Positions 19,901 through 29,037 of a DNA stretch of 64,000 bases are shown here, one piece after another. Made by a program: the position numbers and the translations under genes. The DNA comes from Flavobacteriales bacterium. GTDB taxonomy: Bacteria; Bacteroidota; Bacteroidia; Flavobacteriales_F; PHOS-HE28. The stretch lies in contig JAEUTA010000013.1 of assembly GCA_016788205.1 (NCBI GenBank), positions 5,798 to 69,797 of the forward strand, read 5' to 3'. The notes below the pieces were generated by a model, which did no database searches, was not told where the DNA came from, and was given only the letters and a program-made list of their open reading frames with translations. How positions within the stretch are numbered: position 1 is the first letter of the stretch; every line of letters starts with the position of its first letter.

Positions 19901-20381
19901 CGATAAACCCGTGGAAAAGCCTGGAGAGAAGAGTGGTATGGGCATGCCCGGCATGAGCCAACAGCTTGCACAGATGGCCGCACAACAAGCAGCGATCCGG
20001 AAGGAGATGCAGAAGCTCGCGCAGGAGCTGAACAAGGACGGGAGCGGTGCCGGCAACCCCTTGACCAAGATGGCCGAACAGATGGAGCAGAACGAGAAGG
20101 ACATCGTGAACAAGAACATCACTCCCGAGACACTTCGTCGCCAACAGGAGATCATGTCGCGCTTATTGGAGCACGAAAAAGCCGAGCGCGAAAGAGAGCT
20201 CGATCAGCAGCGGACCAGCAACGAGGGCAAGCCCCTGCCCGCTGCGGACCCGGCCCGTTACTTTGACTACCAGCGCAGGAAAGCTCGTGAAGCCGAACTG
20301 TTACGAACAGTGCCTCCGGGATTGAAGCCCTACTATCGCGATCGGGTCAACTCCTATTTCGGTACTTTTGACCGACCCTGA
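16959..20381 (+). CDS. Large DUF4175-like membrane protein, 1140 aa: two N-terminal transmembrane helices, a globular middle region, and about 550 aa of Q/E/K-rich coiled coil.
   Basis: Transmembrane segments at about aa 28-48 and 60-78, and another at about aa 165-185. Residues 520-1050 are low-complexity coiled coil with many QQ/EE/KK runs. The family assignment is from memory of the Bacteroidota DUF4175 architecture, not from a search. Confidence 0.55.
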   Translation: MNPAQDQLIAKLDAFIRKYYKDRVIRGMLYSVGLIIAFFLTAALLEYFGRFGTGTRTGLFWATLVATIAVVTRFIAVPMMKLFRLGTVISHEEAARIIGTHFGDVQDKLVNTLQLRGMAAAQPQQRELIEAAIAQRSRELGPVPFVNAIDLRNNKRYLRYALPPLAVLLILLFAAPSLLTGPTKRLIAHGSEFIPEAPFRFILISDTLQVPEGQDHEILLSIEGAAIPQQVDLEVDGQRIPLVKKDGTHFTHRFRNVQQPIEFRFSAEGFNSENYILRTIPDPLLLDFSLAMEYPAYLGKPNGTVNNTGDITIPAGTRITWNVNARSADGLDLAFDDTTFALAPVASDGSRGNFRSTRRFLQSHTYRMNPRNGDRSARDPLQYRVEVVPDLYPTIVVETRTDSTALKRLFYHGDLGDDHGFKRLLFHYRFVNGGDSVPAELRSGVKELPLDTRNTRQEFFHSWDVYGFAINPGDKIEHWFEVWDNDGVNGSKSARSTPQVFAAPTLKELARQEEQQSDAIKSDLKQNIKEAHDLQKELDKLRRDLLEKKDVSWQDKQKLENVMQRQQQLQEEIEKSTEQLRQSQQRQQEFRPQDERLLEKQKQVQELFENVLSEEMKELYRQVQELMEQMDKEKLQEQLQEMKMDQEDIEKELDRALETFKRMEVEQKAEDIAKQLEELADKQEKLAEENGLGKTDQEVMKQRQEELNKEMEDLRKQLDELEKKNSELEEPMDVPKTDEQEQEIQNEQEKSSDELDKKQNKKASGSQKNAAEKMDQLAFQMKSSMESGAQEQQEEDMDALRQLLENIVQLSFDEERLMNDVTTTTTKDPRFIEQGRTQRKLRDDAKVIEDSLFALSKRVPQLESIVNREMNAVNGNMDEALRFMGDARANERSKPMAADKQQHAMTSLNNLALLLDEALQQMMAQMNAQSKPGSGNCKKPGGSGAKPGDKAKMAKMKANQQSLQKQLEEMRKAMEKGQKPGDKPVEKPGEKSGMGMPGMSQQLAQMAAQQAAIRKEMQKLAQELNKDGSGAGNPLTKMAEQMEQNEKDIVNKNITPETLRRQQEIMSRLLEHEKAERERELDQQRTSNEGKPLPAADPARYFDYQRRKAREAELLRTVPPGLKPYYRDRVNSYFGTFDRP

Positions 20382-20387
20382 ACCGCT

Positions 20388-20825
20388 ATGGGAGCACTGA
20401 CCGAAGAGCTGGAATTCACGCAACGCATCGACTTTCCCGCCAAGGCCGAGAACATCGCATTGGCAGAAAAACTGATCGACGAGGCCTGCACCAAGCACCA
20501 GGTGCACGAGAGCCACTACGGCAACATCCTCATCGCTCTTACCGAGGCGGTCAACAACGCCATACACCATGGCAACGCACTGGATCCTTCGCGATCGGTC
20601 ACCCTGGCCTACGAGGTGAAGGATGACAAGATCTTCTTCATGGTGCAGGACCAGGGGCCTGGTTTCGATTTCGAGAATCTCCCAGACCCTACCGACCCAC
20701 AGAATATCGAAAAACCGCACGGGCGGGGGGTCTTCCTCATGCGCGCGTTGGCGGACAGCGTAGAGTTCAGCGACAATGGCTCCACCGTGGCCATGGCTTT
20801 CAGCCTGCAGCCGGTAAAGGAGTGA
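20388..20825 (+). CDS. HATPase_c-type anti-sigma regulatory factor-like protein (RsbW/SpoIIAB-like Ser/Thr kinase fold).
   Basis: 145 aa. N-box-like LTEAVNNAIHHGN and G-box-like DQGPGFDF...GRGVFLM motifs of GHKL ATPases. It begins 7 nt after the DUF4175-like gene and overlaps the ybeY start. Confidence 0.65.
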   Translation: MGALTEELEFTQRIDFPAKAENIALAEKLIDEACTKHQVHESHYGNILIALTEAVNNAIHHGNALDPSRSVTLAYEVKDDKIFFMVQDQGPGFDFENLPDPTDPQNIEKPHGRGVFLMRALADSVEFSDNGSTVAMAFSLQPVKE

Positions 20826-21250
20826 TGGCAACGCGCGGCTCCATCGGGTTCGTTCTTCAAGAGGTGCCCGATGCGTTCCGCGACCGCGAACGGCTCCGCA
20901 GGTGGCTGCATGGTGTGGCACAGGACCATGGAACGCGGATCGACGCGGTGAACTTCGTGTTGATGAACGATGCCGCGTTGTTGAACTACAACAGGACATT
21001 CCTCCAGCACGACGATTATACCGACGTCATAACGTTCCCCGTCGAGAGCAACAACGGCGTGGCTGGAGATGTGCTCATGAGCTACGATAGGATCAAGGAA
21101 AATGCTGCGGAGTTCGGCGTATCCGGTCAGCACGAATTGCATCGCGTGATGGTGCACGGCCTGCTGCACCTGCTGGGGCACAGCGATAAGTCCAAGGCCA
21201 AGCGGGAGGCCATGCGCAGCTTGGAAGACAAGTATTTGGGTCGGCTATAG
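20822..21250 (+). CDS. ybeY: rRNA maturation endoribonuclease YbeY.
   Basis: Metal-binding motif HGLLHLLGHSD (H-x-x-x-H-x-x-G-x-D-H class). 142 aa. The start overlaps the upstream gene (ATGA). Confidence 0.85.
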   Translation: MMATRGSIGFVLQEVPDAFRDRERLRRWLHGVAQDHGTRIDAVNFVLMNDAALLNYNRTFLQHDDYTDVITFPVESNNGVAGDVLMSYDRIKENAAEFGVSGQHELHRVMVHGLLHLLGHSDKSKAKREAMRSLEDKYLGRL

Positions 21251-21266
21251 CGAGCTTTAACGCAAA

Positions 21267-21299
21267 AGAGGGGGCCGGTGCAGTGCACCGGCCCCCTCT
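21267..21299. terminator. Bidirectional intrinsic-terminator hairpin between convergent ybeY and a hypothetical gene.
   Basis: AGAGGGGGCCGGTGCA / TGCACCGGCCCCCTCT is a perfect 16-bp inverted repeat. It is flanked by A-runs upstream and a T-run downstream (caaaag...ctcttta). Confidence 0.6.
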
Positions 21300-21316
21300 T
21301 TATCATTAACGGTCGA

Positions 21317-21778
21317 TCACTTCGTCATCGGCTTCTCCTTCACCGGCTCCTTCGTCTGATCGGCGCCTACACCAAGCTGCTTCTTGAAGCCTTCCAACGA
21401 CCCCTTGCTCGAGGTGATCACCTCGCGTGCTCTGGCGAAAACACCTTCGCTATCCTTTTCCGTCGCGCGATTCACCAAGCTCAACTGATCGTCGATCTTA
21501 GCCTGTACCTCTTTGATCCCGTCGGCGATCTTCATGAATTTATCATGATCCTCGGCCTTGCCGTTGGTAACGGAATCCATCGCCTTCTTGAGCAGGCCGT
21601 CCGTCATACCGCGGGTGGTCTTCAGCTCGCCGGAGAGCTGCCGCTTTTGGTCCATGAGCGGATCGGCCTGTGCAGGCGTTGCAACGGTCATGGGGGTAAC
21701 AGACGAGCCTTTCGACTGGGCATCAGCTGAAGCGCACAGTGCGAAGACTGCGGCCGTGGTCAACAAAAAAGTACGCAT
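21317..21778 (-). CDS. Hypothetical secreted protein (signal peptide, helical, K/E-rich).
   Basis: N-terminus MRTFLLTTAAVFALCASADAQ. No recognisable domain. Confidence 0.45.
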   Translation of the reverse strand: MRTFLLTTAAVFALCASADAQSKGSSVTPMTVATPAQADPLMDQKRQLSGELKTTRGMTDGLLKKAMDSVTNGKAEDHDKFMKIADGIKEVQAKIDDQLSLVNRATEKDSEGVFARAREVITSSKGSLEGFKKQLGVGADQTKEPVKEKPMTK

Positions 21779-21896
21779 GGGTGTGAATTGTAGTGATTAG
21801 ACGCGGTCTTGGTCTTGGAGGTTGTTCCATGACGAAAACCATGCCGTGAAGTTAGGACGGGACACGCGATATATTCGTGCGACAGATACGACCGAC

Positions 21897-22433
21897 ATGC
21901 GGCCCTTGATCCCATTCTTCTTCGTGTGCACATTAGGCACGAACGCCCAAACGACGTTCAGCTTGCGGAGTTCCGATCTTGGCGGCCAGGCTACCGCAAC
22001 GCAAGTGTTCAACGGTTTCGGCTGCGACGGACAGAACTTAAGCCCCCAACTAAGCTGGGTCCACGCGCCGGAAGGCACACGGAGTTTTGCGGTTACCATG
22101 TATGACCCCGATGCTCCCACCGGTAGCGGCTGGTGGCACTGGGTGGTTTTCGACCTCCCCAAAGACGTTACGGATCTGGCGGCGGGCTCTGGGTCCATGG
22201 ATGGAAAAATGCCGGCGGGAGCCATTCAAAGCATGACGGACTTCGGTGGTACGGGATATGGCGGCCCATGCCCGCCTCCGGGGCATGGACAGCACCGGTA
22301 CATCATCACCGTGCATGCGCTCAAGACCGAGAAGTTGGGCTTGGATGCCACCGCCGGAGCGGCTCTAGTGGGCTTCAACCTGAACCAACAGACGCTCGCC
22401 AAAGCCAGCATCATCTTCTATTACGGCCGTTAG
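21897..22433 (+). CDS. YbhB/YbcL-family phosphatidylethanolamine-binding protein (PEBP/RKIP-like), secreted.
   Basis: Blocks TMYDPDAPTGSGWWHWVVFDL and GGPCPPPGHGQHRYIITVHAL are typical of bacterial PEBP. A signal peptide follows the internal Met, so the start was trimmed from 21822. Confidence 0.8.
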   Translation: MRPLIPFFFVCTLGTNAQTTFSLRSSDLGGQATATQVFNGFGCDGQNLSPQLSWVHAPEGTRSFAVTMYDPDAPTGSGWWHWVVFDLPKDVTDLAAGSGSMDGKMPAGAIQSMTDFGGTGYGGPCPPPGHGQHRYIITVHALKTEKLGLDATAGAALVGFNLNQQTLAKASIIFYYGR

Positions 22434-24406
22434 TCCTGGTCCGGCACCAGTAGGCTACCAGCACCCAAGAGGGCACCATTGGCGCCCGTGCATAAGCGCC
22501 AGAAAAGAGGACCGGGAGGCATATCCCTCAGCTCTAACCCGATCTGGTCAGCAAGAGTTGTGCGGTCGCGGTGGATCAACGCGCCCAGGGGGCTGAACAA
22601 TTCCAACAACAACGACCCCTGCGGCTCGCCCACCACCCAGCTAACGGTCCTTCCATCCATGGCCACCCTGACGGCCGAGCGCAGCTCTTCCTGGTGCATG
22701 CCCACTGGACCAGGTTCTATCCCCACTAGAACGGGGTCGTGATCACTGCAGCGGAACGCGTTCGGTTGATAACGGGACAGATTGGCGTCGTGGTAGTCCA
22801 GCGCCTCTGGTTCGTCGCTATTGATGTGCCAAACATGGGCACCCGTGACCATTCCATGCATGGCTACGGTGGCAAAGGCGTGATCCAATGCTCCGAAGGC
22901 CCCGTCGTAGGCATGGGTATGCTCCACTGTACCGACCAGATCCACCAAGCCGGCCGCGCGCAACACATCATTGGGGTCTTCTTCAGAGTAGGCGTTGTGA
23001 TCACCCATGATCAACTGGGCGGCTATACCGGTTGAAGCTCGCAGTCCGGACCAGTGCTGCACCAGCGCCGAGGCTTGGGCTTTGCGCAGGTCGTTATAGC
23101 ACCCTTGGCCATCCCCTTGGTCCATATCCAGGCCCTGCGCATTATCACAGAGCTTACTGCGCAGGTGCATTGTGCTGAACAAGAACCGGGTTCCGGTAGC
23201 ATTGACCTCGAAGCCCTGCGTAAGGTGCGGTCGCTGGAAAATACTGGTCCCGAGCCAGTATAGCTGCGTGACCGGTGTTAGAACAGCGGGTTTGTAGAAG
23301 ACCACCGTACGCGTGCCTCCACCAAAACCATCTTCTTCCATCCCGGAATACATGCCTGTGCCCACCGCTGCGTTGAGGCCTGCAAGAAGATCGCTCCAAG
23401 CCACGTCGTTATTCTCGAGTTCGCACAGCGCAATCACATCCGCGTTCAATGCTTGAAGTGCGGCGACCAACTTCGTGCGCTGCCTGCTCATTTCCCCAAT
23501 GTTGGCCGCTCCCCAACCACCGAGGGTGGAGAAGTAGTTCAGCACGTTCAATGAAGCCGCACGGATGGTACCTCCAACGACCGGCACAGTCGGCCGCGGA
23601 TCGTGTTCGAAGAACAACGGACCGATGGGCTCCAAACGATATTCCCCATACGCATAGTGAAGGACGCCCTGAAGATCCTGCACCGTACTGCCGCACCGCA
23701 AAGTCCCGTCCACCCCCGCCCATGGAAGTGGCACAGGATAGGCATTCGTGCGCCCATCATCGAGTAGTACGTTACTGCGGTCGTTCACACTCGTTGCGCT
23801 GGTCACGGCAGGAACATTGCTCGAACCCGAGGTCGTGGTGCCCGTGGCGACCGCATCATTGGGGTCCACTGCGTCGGTCGGTGTCATGGTCCGCTGCGGC
23901 GCCAGGTGCAACTCTCCGTATTGCACCCAGCCCTGATTGTCCGTTACCGTGAGCGTTCCGGGGAATCGGAGAAACATGCCCTCATAACGTTCCCAATGAC
24001 CCGTTGCCGCTATAGGCAGAACAAGATCCGTGGCCACCACTCCGCCAGAGCCTAAAACGGTGTAGTTCGCATTGGTGATCTCCGTGGTCCCATTGAACTC
24101 ATCAACCACCCCGCTTACCGAAATCCGCTGGCCTATCGAAATGCCGCCGGGAGTCGGGTCATAAACGAAAATGCCATTGCTCGTGGATGCGTCCTCATCG
24201 CATTCCGGCTCCTCGATGAAATAGCCATTGAGCGAACCAGAACCCGAGAAAACGGCTGTGACGACGCCCTGTGTGGTAACTGTTTGACCATCATACGGGC
24301 TGCTGGCGCCACTCCCTTGGATCTGGCAAATGGATTGACCCATACACCAACCCGAATAAGTGGCGGCTTGAAGCAGAAGAGGGATCCGTAACATGGAGCT
24401 GGGCAA
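22430..24406 (-). CDS. ExeM/NucH-like extracellular nuclease: endonuclease/exonuclease/phosphatase fold, an N-terminal lamin-tail-like domain and a T9SS C-terminal sorting domain.
   Basis: Signal peptide at the N-terminus. EEP-family blocks (..NADVIALCELENN.., ..LIMGDHNAYSEEDP.., ..SDHDPVLVGI..). The C-terminal about 80 aa have a CTD-like beta-sandwich pattern. Confidence 0.7.
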   Translation of the reverse strand: MPSSMLRIPLLLQAATYSGWCMGQSICQIQGSGASSPYDGQTVTTQGVVTAVFSGSGSLNGYFIEEPECDEDASTSNGIFVYDPTPGGISIGQRISVSGVVDEFNGTTEITNANYTVLGSGGVVATDLVLPIAATGHWERYEGMFLRFPGTLTVTDNQGWVQYGELHLAPQRTMTPTDAVDPNDAVATGTTTSGSSNVPAVTSATSVNDRSNVLLDDGRTNAYPVPLPWAGVDGTLRCGSTVQDLQGVLHYAYGEYRLEPIGPLFFEHDPRPTVPVVGGTIRAASLNVLNYFSTLGGWGAANIGEMSRQRTKLVAALQALNADVIALCELENNDVAWSDLLAGLNAAVGTGMYSGMEEDGFGGGTRTVVFYKPAVLTPVTQLYWLGTSIFQRPHLTQGFEVNATGTRFLFSTMHLRSKLCDNAQGLDMDQGDGQGCYNDLRKAQASALVQHWSGLRASTGIAAQLIMGDHNAYSEEDPNDVLRAAGLVDLVGTVEHTHAYDGAFGALDHAFATVAMHGMVTGAHVWHINSDEPEALDYHDANLSRYQPNAFRCSDHDPVLVGIEPGPVGMHQEELRSAVRVAMDGRTVSWVVGEPQGSLLLELFSPLGALIHRDRTTLADQIGLELRDMPPGPLFWRLCTGANGALLGAGSLLVPDQD

Positions 24407-24754
24407 CAGTGGTCAAAAGTAGCGCCGGTCCAACTGTGCTGCTCTCGTCCTTGGCCAAGCTACCGGATCCCACGATCACGAATCCGGTAGATCGCCCACG
24501 CATGAATGCCGGGCCATGTGGTTGTTATGGGGCCGTTCCGCCCCATTTGCTGCTGTTCGGCAAGCATCGCTGTGCGCACTTCGTGATCGGCATGGGATCA
24601 GCATCGACAATGGTATGCGTAGCGATCATGACCTTACTCGCCTGCACACGGCGATCAAGCTATCTGGACAGCGCACCCTTAGGCGTTTGTGGTTGACCTT
24701 GGCTACCGTGATAACGGCGTGGACCTTGGTGATCGCGTTGCTTTAGATACGCAC

Positions 24755-26806
24755 CTATCGCTGCTTGGTGTGGGTGGTCAACCAATCGAATACCGTGCTA
24801 TGCCACAGTAGCGAATTCCGAGGTTTCAACACCCAGTGGTTCTCATCAGGGAACATCAAGAATCTTGACGGAACCTGTCGCTCTTGCAGGGCGGTGAAGG
24901 CCGAAATGCCCTGCGTAACGGGGATGCGGTAATCACGCTCTCCATGGATTACGAGCATGGGAACACTCCAGTCTTTGGTATAAAGCGCCGGATTGAACAG
25001 GTCGTGCCTGTCCGGATGTGCGAATGCACTTCCTCCGTTCTCCCATTCGCTGAACCATAGCTCTTCGGTGCTATATCCCATGCTTCGCGTATCGAAAACT
25101 CCGCAGTGGCTCACAAGACACCTCCAGGGCTCTTTCCAACGACCAGCGATCCAGTTGACCATGTAGCCACCGTAGGACGCGCCTAGGGCCGCCGCACGGT
25201 CGCCATCCAAAAAAGGATAATGCTCCAGCGCATGGGCCCACCCCTTTTGAAGGTCTTCCAACGGCCGGTCGCCCCAGTGTTCGCTGATCGCATCGCAAAA
25301 AGCCTGACCATAACCCGTGCTGCCATGAAAATCGATCATGACGACCGCAAAGCCAGCCCCGGCATAGGTCTGTGCGTTCCACCTGAAACTCCACATATCG
25401 CCAAAGCTCCCTTGTGGCCCTCCGTGTATGAGGAATGCCACGGGGTACTTCTGGCCCTCTACGTAAGTCGAGGGTTTGAGAACGTAACCGTGCACTTGTT
25501 CATCGTTCCATCCCGGAAAACTGAACTGCTCGTACGCGCCGAAGCGCTTCTCTTTGAGACTCGAATTGATCGCCGTGAGCACCGTTGCACCGTCGTCGAT
25601 CATGGCCGACCCGGAACGGGATGAATAGAGTTGAGACGGGCTATTCATGGCACTCTTCAAGAAGATGAACCCGGAAGGCGTTGCCGCGAACGCGTCGATA
25701 TGACCGCCCTTGGAAAGCGCCGTCACACTTCCGGTCTTTACCTCGACACGAAAGAGCCGGTGGCTACCCATGTCATCGGCCGTCACCAAAAGACTCTTCC
25801 CATCCGCAGCCCACTGCATGGAAGCCACACTGCGATCCCAGGAGGACGCCAACCTTCGGACTTGACCGGATTTCAGGTCATGCAACCGGATCTGGAAACG
25901 ATCGGCCTCGAAGCCCGGCCGATCCATCGCCTTGTAAGCCAGTGTTCTACCGTCTGGCGATAGCAGTGGACTTGCATCCCATGCCTGGTTAGTACCCGTT
26001 AGGTTGGTCAATCCTGTACCATCGATGGCAACACCGTACACATCGAAATTAGTACTCCAGGGTTCCGTGGTACCGGCTTCGCGTGCGCTGAAGTACACGG
26101 TAGATCCGTCCGGAGAGACCACATAGTCGGCCTCGTCGCCGAATGGTTTGCTGGGAACATCACCATCGAATCCTGGAGTAAGCGCTTTCATGGAGCCGTC
26201 GTTCACATTCACATGGAACAAGTGGTTACGAGTGCCGTCGGCCCAGGTGTCCCAGTGACGAACGAACAGCCTGTCATACACAGCGCCACTTCCCTTTCCT
26301 TGCTCGGCGAGGCTCCGCACGGTGCCGAGAATCTCGTCGCCTTCCCCATTTGGAATGACCGCAAGGGAGATCACCAGGCCTTTTCCTCCTGGAACGACGC
26401 GGAAAGAGCCGACATCCAACGGTGACCGCGTAAGCTGCTCAGAACCCTCTCCTCGTGTATCAGATCGCCATACTTGCATGGTCTTATCTGCTCCTCTTGC
26501 GCTCAAGAAGTAGATGTATCGCCCATCGGTGTCCCATTGAGCGCCGAACGCTCCACCGTCAGAGATGGGCAGCTTTTGTTCTGGCTTTGATGCTTTGGAC
26601 AAGTCCTTCACCCATAAGGCTGATGCCCCTTTGTTGTTGACCATATCCGTGGATCGGACCGAGAACAGAGCCTTGGTCGCATCCGGAGAAACCGAAAGAC
26701 CGCTGATCCGATCCAGCGCCAACAGATCCGTGTAGGTGAAATCCGTTTGTGCGTTAGAGACCGCCGAAAGACAGGCGGTCAAAACAAGCAGGGCTATTCT
26801 TTCCAT
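24755..26806 (-). CDS. S9-family serine peptidase (acylaminoacyl-peptidase / DPP-like) with an N-terminal PD40/TolB-like beta-propeller.
   Basis: Signal peptide. Repeated propeller motifs. Catalytic Ser block GASYGGYMVNWIAG, and C-terminal Asp/His regions typical of the S9C prolyl oligopeptidase fold. Confidence 0.8.
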   Translation of the reverse strand: MERIALLVLTACLSAVSNAQTDFTYTDLLALDRISGLSVSPDATKALFSVRSTDMVNNKGASALWVKDLSKASKPEQKLPISDGGAFGAQWDTDGRYIYFLSARGADKTMQVWRSDTRGEGSEQLTRSPLDVGSFRVVPGGKGLVISLAVIPNGEGDEILGTVRSLAEQGKGSGAVYDRLFVRHWDTWADGTRNHLFHVNVNDGSMKALTPGFDGDVPSKPFGDEADYVVSPDGSTVYFSAREAGTTEPWSTNFDVYGVAIDGTGLTNLTGTNQAWDASPLLSPDGRTLAYKAMDRPGFEADRFQIRLHDLKSGQVRRLASSWDRSVASMQWAADGKSLLVTADDMGSHRLFRVEVKTGSVTALSKGGHIDAFAATPSGFIFLKSAMNSPSQLYSSRSGSAMIDDGATVLTAINSSLKEKRFGAYEQFSFPGWNDEQVHGYVLKPSTYVEGQKYPVAFLIHGGPQGSFGDMWSFRWNAQTYAGAGFAVVMIDFHGSTGYGQAFCDAISEHWGDRPLEDLQKGWAHALEHYPFLDGDRAAALGASYGGYMVNWIAGRWKEPWRCLVSHCGVFDTRSMGYSTEELWFSEWENGGSAFAHPDRHDLFNPALYTKDWSVPMLVIHGERDYRIPVTQGISAFTALQERQVPSRFLMFPDENHWVLKPRNSLLWHSTVFDWLTTHTKQR

Positions 26807-27084
26807 GTGATGTGATGCGCCAATCTAACTCATGCTCCATGTCCTTGTGATCTAAGCCTGTGCGGTTAGGCCCTTAGCGAGGCTCGTCGTTGATCACTAC
26901 AATGGCACAGCCCACTTCGACCCCTGCTCGATCGCGGACCTCACGGAGCAATGCACCTATGCCAAATGATCAAACTCCCCAAGGAAACAACATTCCACCG
27001 ATCAAAGTAAGGACTACCTTTGCTGCGACCATGGAACCTATACCTACAACATTGTCATAAGTTCTTGAATATCAAGTTCGTAGG

Positions 27085-27105
27085 TGATCGTTCCACGTGG
27101 AACAT
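27085..27105. repeat. Copy 1 of the 21-bp palindromic element TGATCGTTCCACGTGGAACAT (core GTTCCACGTGGAAC), immediately 5' of the mnmG ATG.
   Basis: Exact 21-mer. Coordinates are anchored on the GTG at 27097 used by the ORF track. Confidence 0.6.
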
Positions 27106-27111
27106 GTGTGC

Positions 27112-28986
27112 ATGACTGAGACGTACGATGTAATTGTGGTCGGTGGTGGCCACGCAGGATGCGAGGCAGCGGCAGCGGCAGCGAACATGGGGTCGCGCGT
27201 TCTACTCGTCACAATGAATATGGGGGTTATCGGGCAGATGAGTTGCAACCCGGCCATGGGTGGTGTAGCGAAGGGCCAGATAGTTCGCGAAGTGGACGCA
27301 CTAGGCGGTTATTCGGGCATCGTCACGGACAAGAGTACAGTCCAGTTCCGGATGCTCAACCGGAGCAAAGGCCCCGCCATGTGGAGCCCAAGAAGCCAAA
27401 ACGACCGGAACCTCTTCGCCAACGAATGGCGTCGCATGCTGGAAGGAACGTCTAACGTTCACTTCTGGCAAGACAGTGTCCATGAGATCCTCGTGGAAAA
27501 TGGTCAAGTCGTGGGCGTCAGAACAGGCCTGGGGTTGTCCGTTAGGGCCCGAGCCGTGATCCTAACAAGTGGTACGTTCATGAACGGTGTGATGCACATC
27601 GGTGAACGTCAACTTGGTGGAGGTCGAGCCGGCGAAAAGGCCAGCCATGGCATTACTGAACAACTGGTGCGCATGGGCTTCGAGGCCGGCCGGATGAAAA
27701 CAGGAACCCCACCAAGGGTCGACGGCCGCAGCATCGACTATAGTCAACTCGAAGAGCAGCCCGGTGACATAGAGCCAGGAAAGTTCAGCTTCTCCCCTTC
27801 TACGAGCCCGCCCAAGCACCAGCTATCCTGCTGGATGACTTACACCAGTCCAGAGGTACATGACATTCTTCGCACCGGGTTCGACCGTAGCCCCATGTTC
27901 AATGGGCGGATTCAAGGAATAGGTCCCCGGTACTGTCCTAGCATCGAAGACAAGATCGACCGTTTCGCCGACAAGGACCGGCACCAGATCTTCGTGGAGC
28001 CAGAAGGTTGGGATACGGTCGAGACCTACATCAATGGCTTCAGCACAAGTCTGCCAGAAGATGTTCAGATCGCTGCACTGCGCAAGATCGCGGGTTTCGC
28101 CAACGCGAGGATCTTCAGGCCAGGTTATGCCGTGGAATACGACTACTTCCCCCCCACCCAGCTCAAACATACACTGGAGACAAAGCTGGTCAATGGTTTA
28201 TACTTCGCTGGTCAGATCAATGGAACCACGGGCTACGAGGAGGCCGCTTGCCAAGGTCTCATGGCCGGCATGAACGCTCACTTGAAGCTGAACGACCAAG
28301 AGCCCTTCATCCTCCGACGGGATGAAGCATATATCGGAGTTCTCATCGACGACCTGATCACAAAGGGTACCGAAGAGCCCTACCGCATGTTCACGAGCCG
28401 TGCCGAGTTCCGCATTCTTCTCCGTCAGGATAACGCCGATCTGCGCCTCACACCGCGTTCGAATGCGATCGGTTTAGCGACCAACGAACGGCTGGAACGC
28501 ACCCTCCGGAAGCAAGACCGCAGCAAAGCCCTGGTGGACGCACTACGCGCCGAAAGCACATCCCCAGAGACCGCGAATCCCTTGATCGTTCCACGTGGAA
28601 CATCTGCCCTCAAGCAGAAAGTTCGGCTCTACGACATCCTACTCCGTCCTCAGATCAATTACGCCGATCTCGAGCCACTTTCCATATCAGTAGCCGAGGT
28701 GGCTGCCAGTGCCGGCGAACTCCGTGCAGAAGTGATCGAACAGGTGGAGATCGATGTGAAGTACGGGGGATATCTCGACAAGGAGCGGGAGATGGCCGAG
28801 AAACTAACGCGCCTAGAGGATGTGCCCCTTGAGCTCGGAATGGACTACGCTCGCCTAACGTCCCTTTCCATAGAGGCCCGCCAAAAACTCGATAAGATCC
28901 GCCCGAACACCCTGGGCCAGGCCTCTCGGATCAGTGGCGTGTCACCCGCGGACCTGAGCGTTCTCTTGGTGTATTTGGGGCGCTGA
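27112..28986 (+). CDS. mnmG: tRNA uridine-5-carboxymethylaminomethyl(34) synthesis enzyme MnmG (GidA).
   Basis: N-terminal FAD-binding motif [16 protein letters not shown]. Conserved C-terminal block [21 protein letters not shown]. The start was trimmed to the ATG, because the track uses a GTG that lies inside the palindrome. Confidence 0.9.
   Translation: MTETYDVIVVGGGHAGCEAAAAAANMGSRVLLVTMNMGVIGQMSCNPAMGGVAKGQIVREVDALGGYSGIVTDKSTVQFRMLNRSKGPAMWSPRSQNDRNLFANEWRRMLEGTSNVHFWQDSVHEILVENGQVVGVRTGLGLSVRARAVILTSGTFMNGVMHIGERQLGGGRAGEKASHGITEQLVRMGFEAGRMKTGTPPRVDGRSIDYSQLEEQPGDIEPGKFSFSPSTSPPKHQLSCWMTYTSPEVHDILRTGFDRSPMFNGRIQGIGPRYCPSIEDKIDRFADKDRHQIFVEPEGWDTVETYINGFSTSLPEDVQIAALRKIAGFANARIFRPGYAVEYDYFPPTQLKHTLETKLVNGLYFAGQINGTTGYEEAACQGLMAGMNAHLKLNDQEPFILRRDEAYIGVLIDDLITKGTEEPYRMFTSRAEFRILLRQDNADLRLTPRSNAIGLATNERLERTLRKQDRSKALVDALRAESTSPETANPLIVPRGTSALKQKVRLYDILLRPQINYADLEPLSISVAEVAASAGELRAEVIEQVEIDVKYGGYLDKEREMAEKLTRLEDVPLELGMDYARLTSLSIEARQKLDKIRPNTLGQASRISGVSPADLSVLLVYLGR
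28583..28603. repeat. Copy 2 of the 21-bp palindromic element, located inside the mnmG coding sequence where it encodes LIVPRGT.
   Basis: Exact 21-mer (GATCGTTCCACGTGGAACAT plus a preceding T/G difference). Position was computed from the mnmG reading frame. It lies in the variable linker region of MnmG. Confidence 0.6.
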
Positions 28987-29016
28987 GAACTTAGACCTCC
29001 CTTTCCCTAACCTACA

Positions 29017-29037
29017 TGATCGTTCCACGTGGAACAT
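29017..29037. repeat. Copy 3 of the 21-bp palindromic element, immediately 5' of and overlapping the methyltransferase start.
   Basis: Exact 21-mer. Coordinates are anchored on the GTG at 29029 used by the ORF track. Confidence 0.6.

Noticed and set aside
28583-28603. The LIVPRGTS peptide encoded by palindrome copy 2 resembles the thrombin site LVPRGS
   Set aside because: Considered as a sign of an engineered or vector sequence. The surrounding context is native mnmG sequence with matching codon usage, so the resemblance is treated as coincidence.
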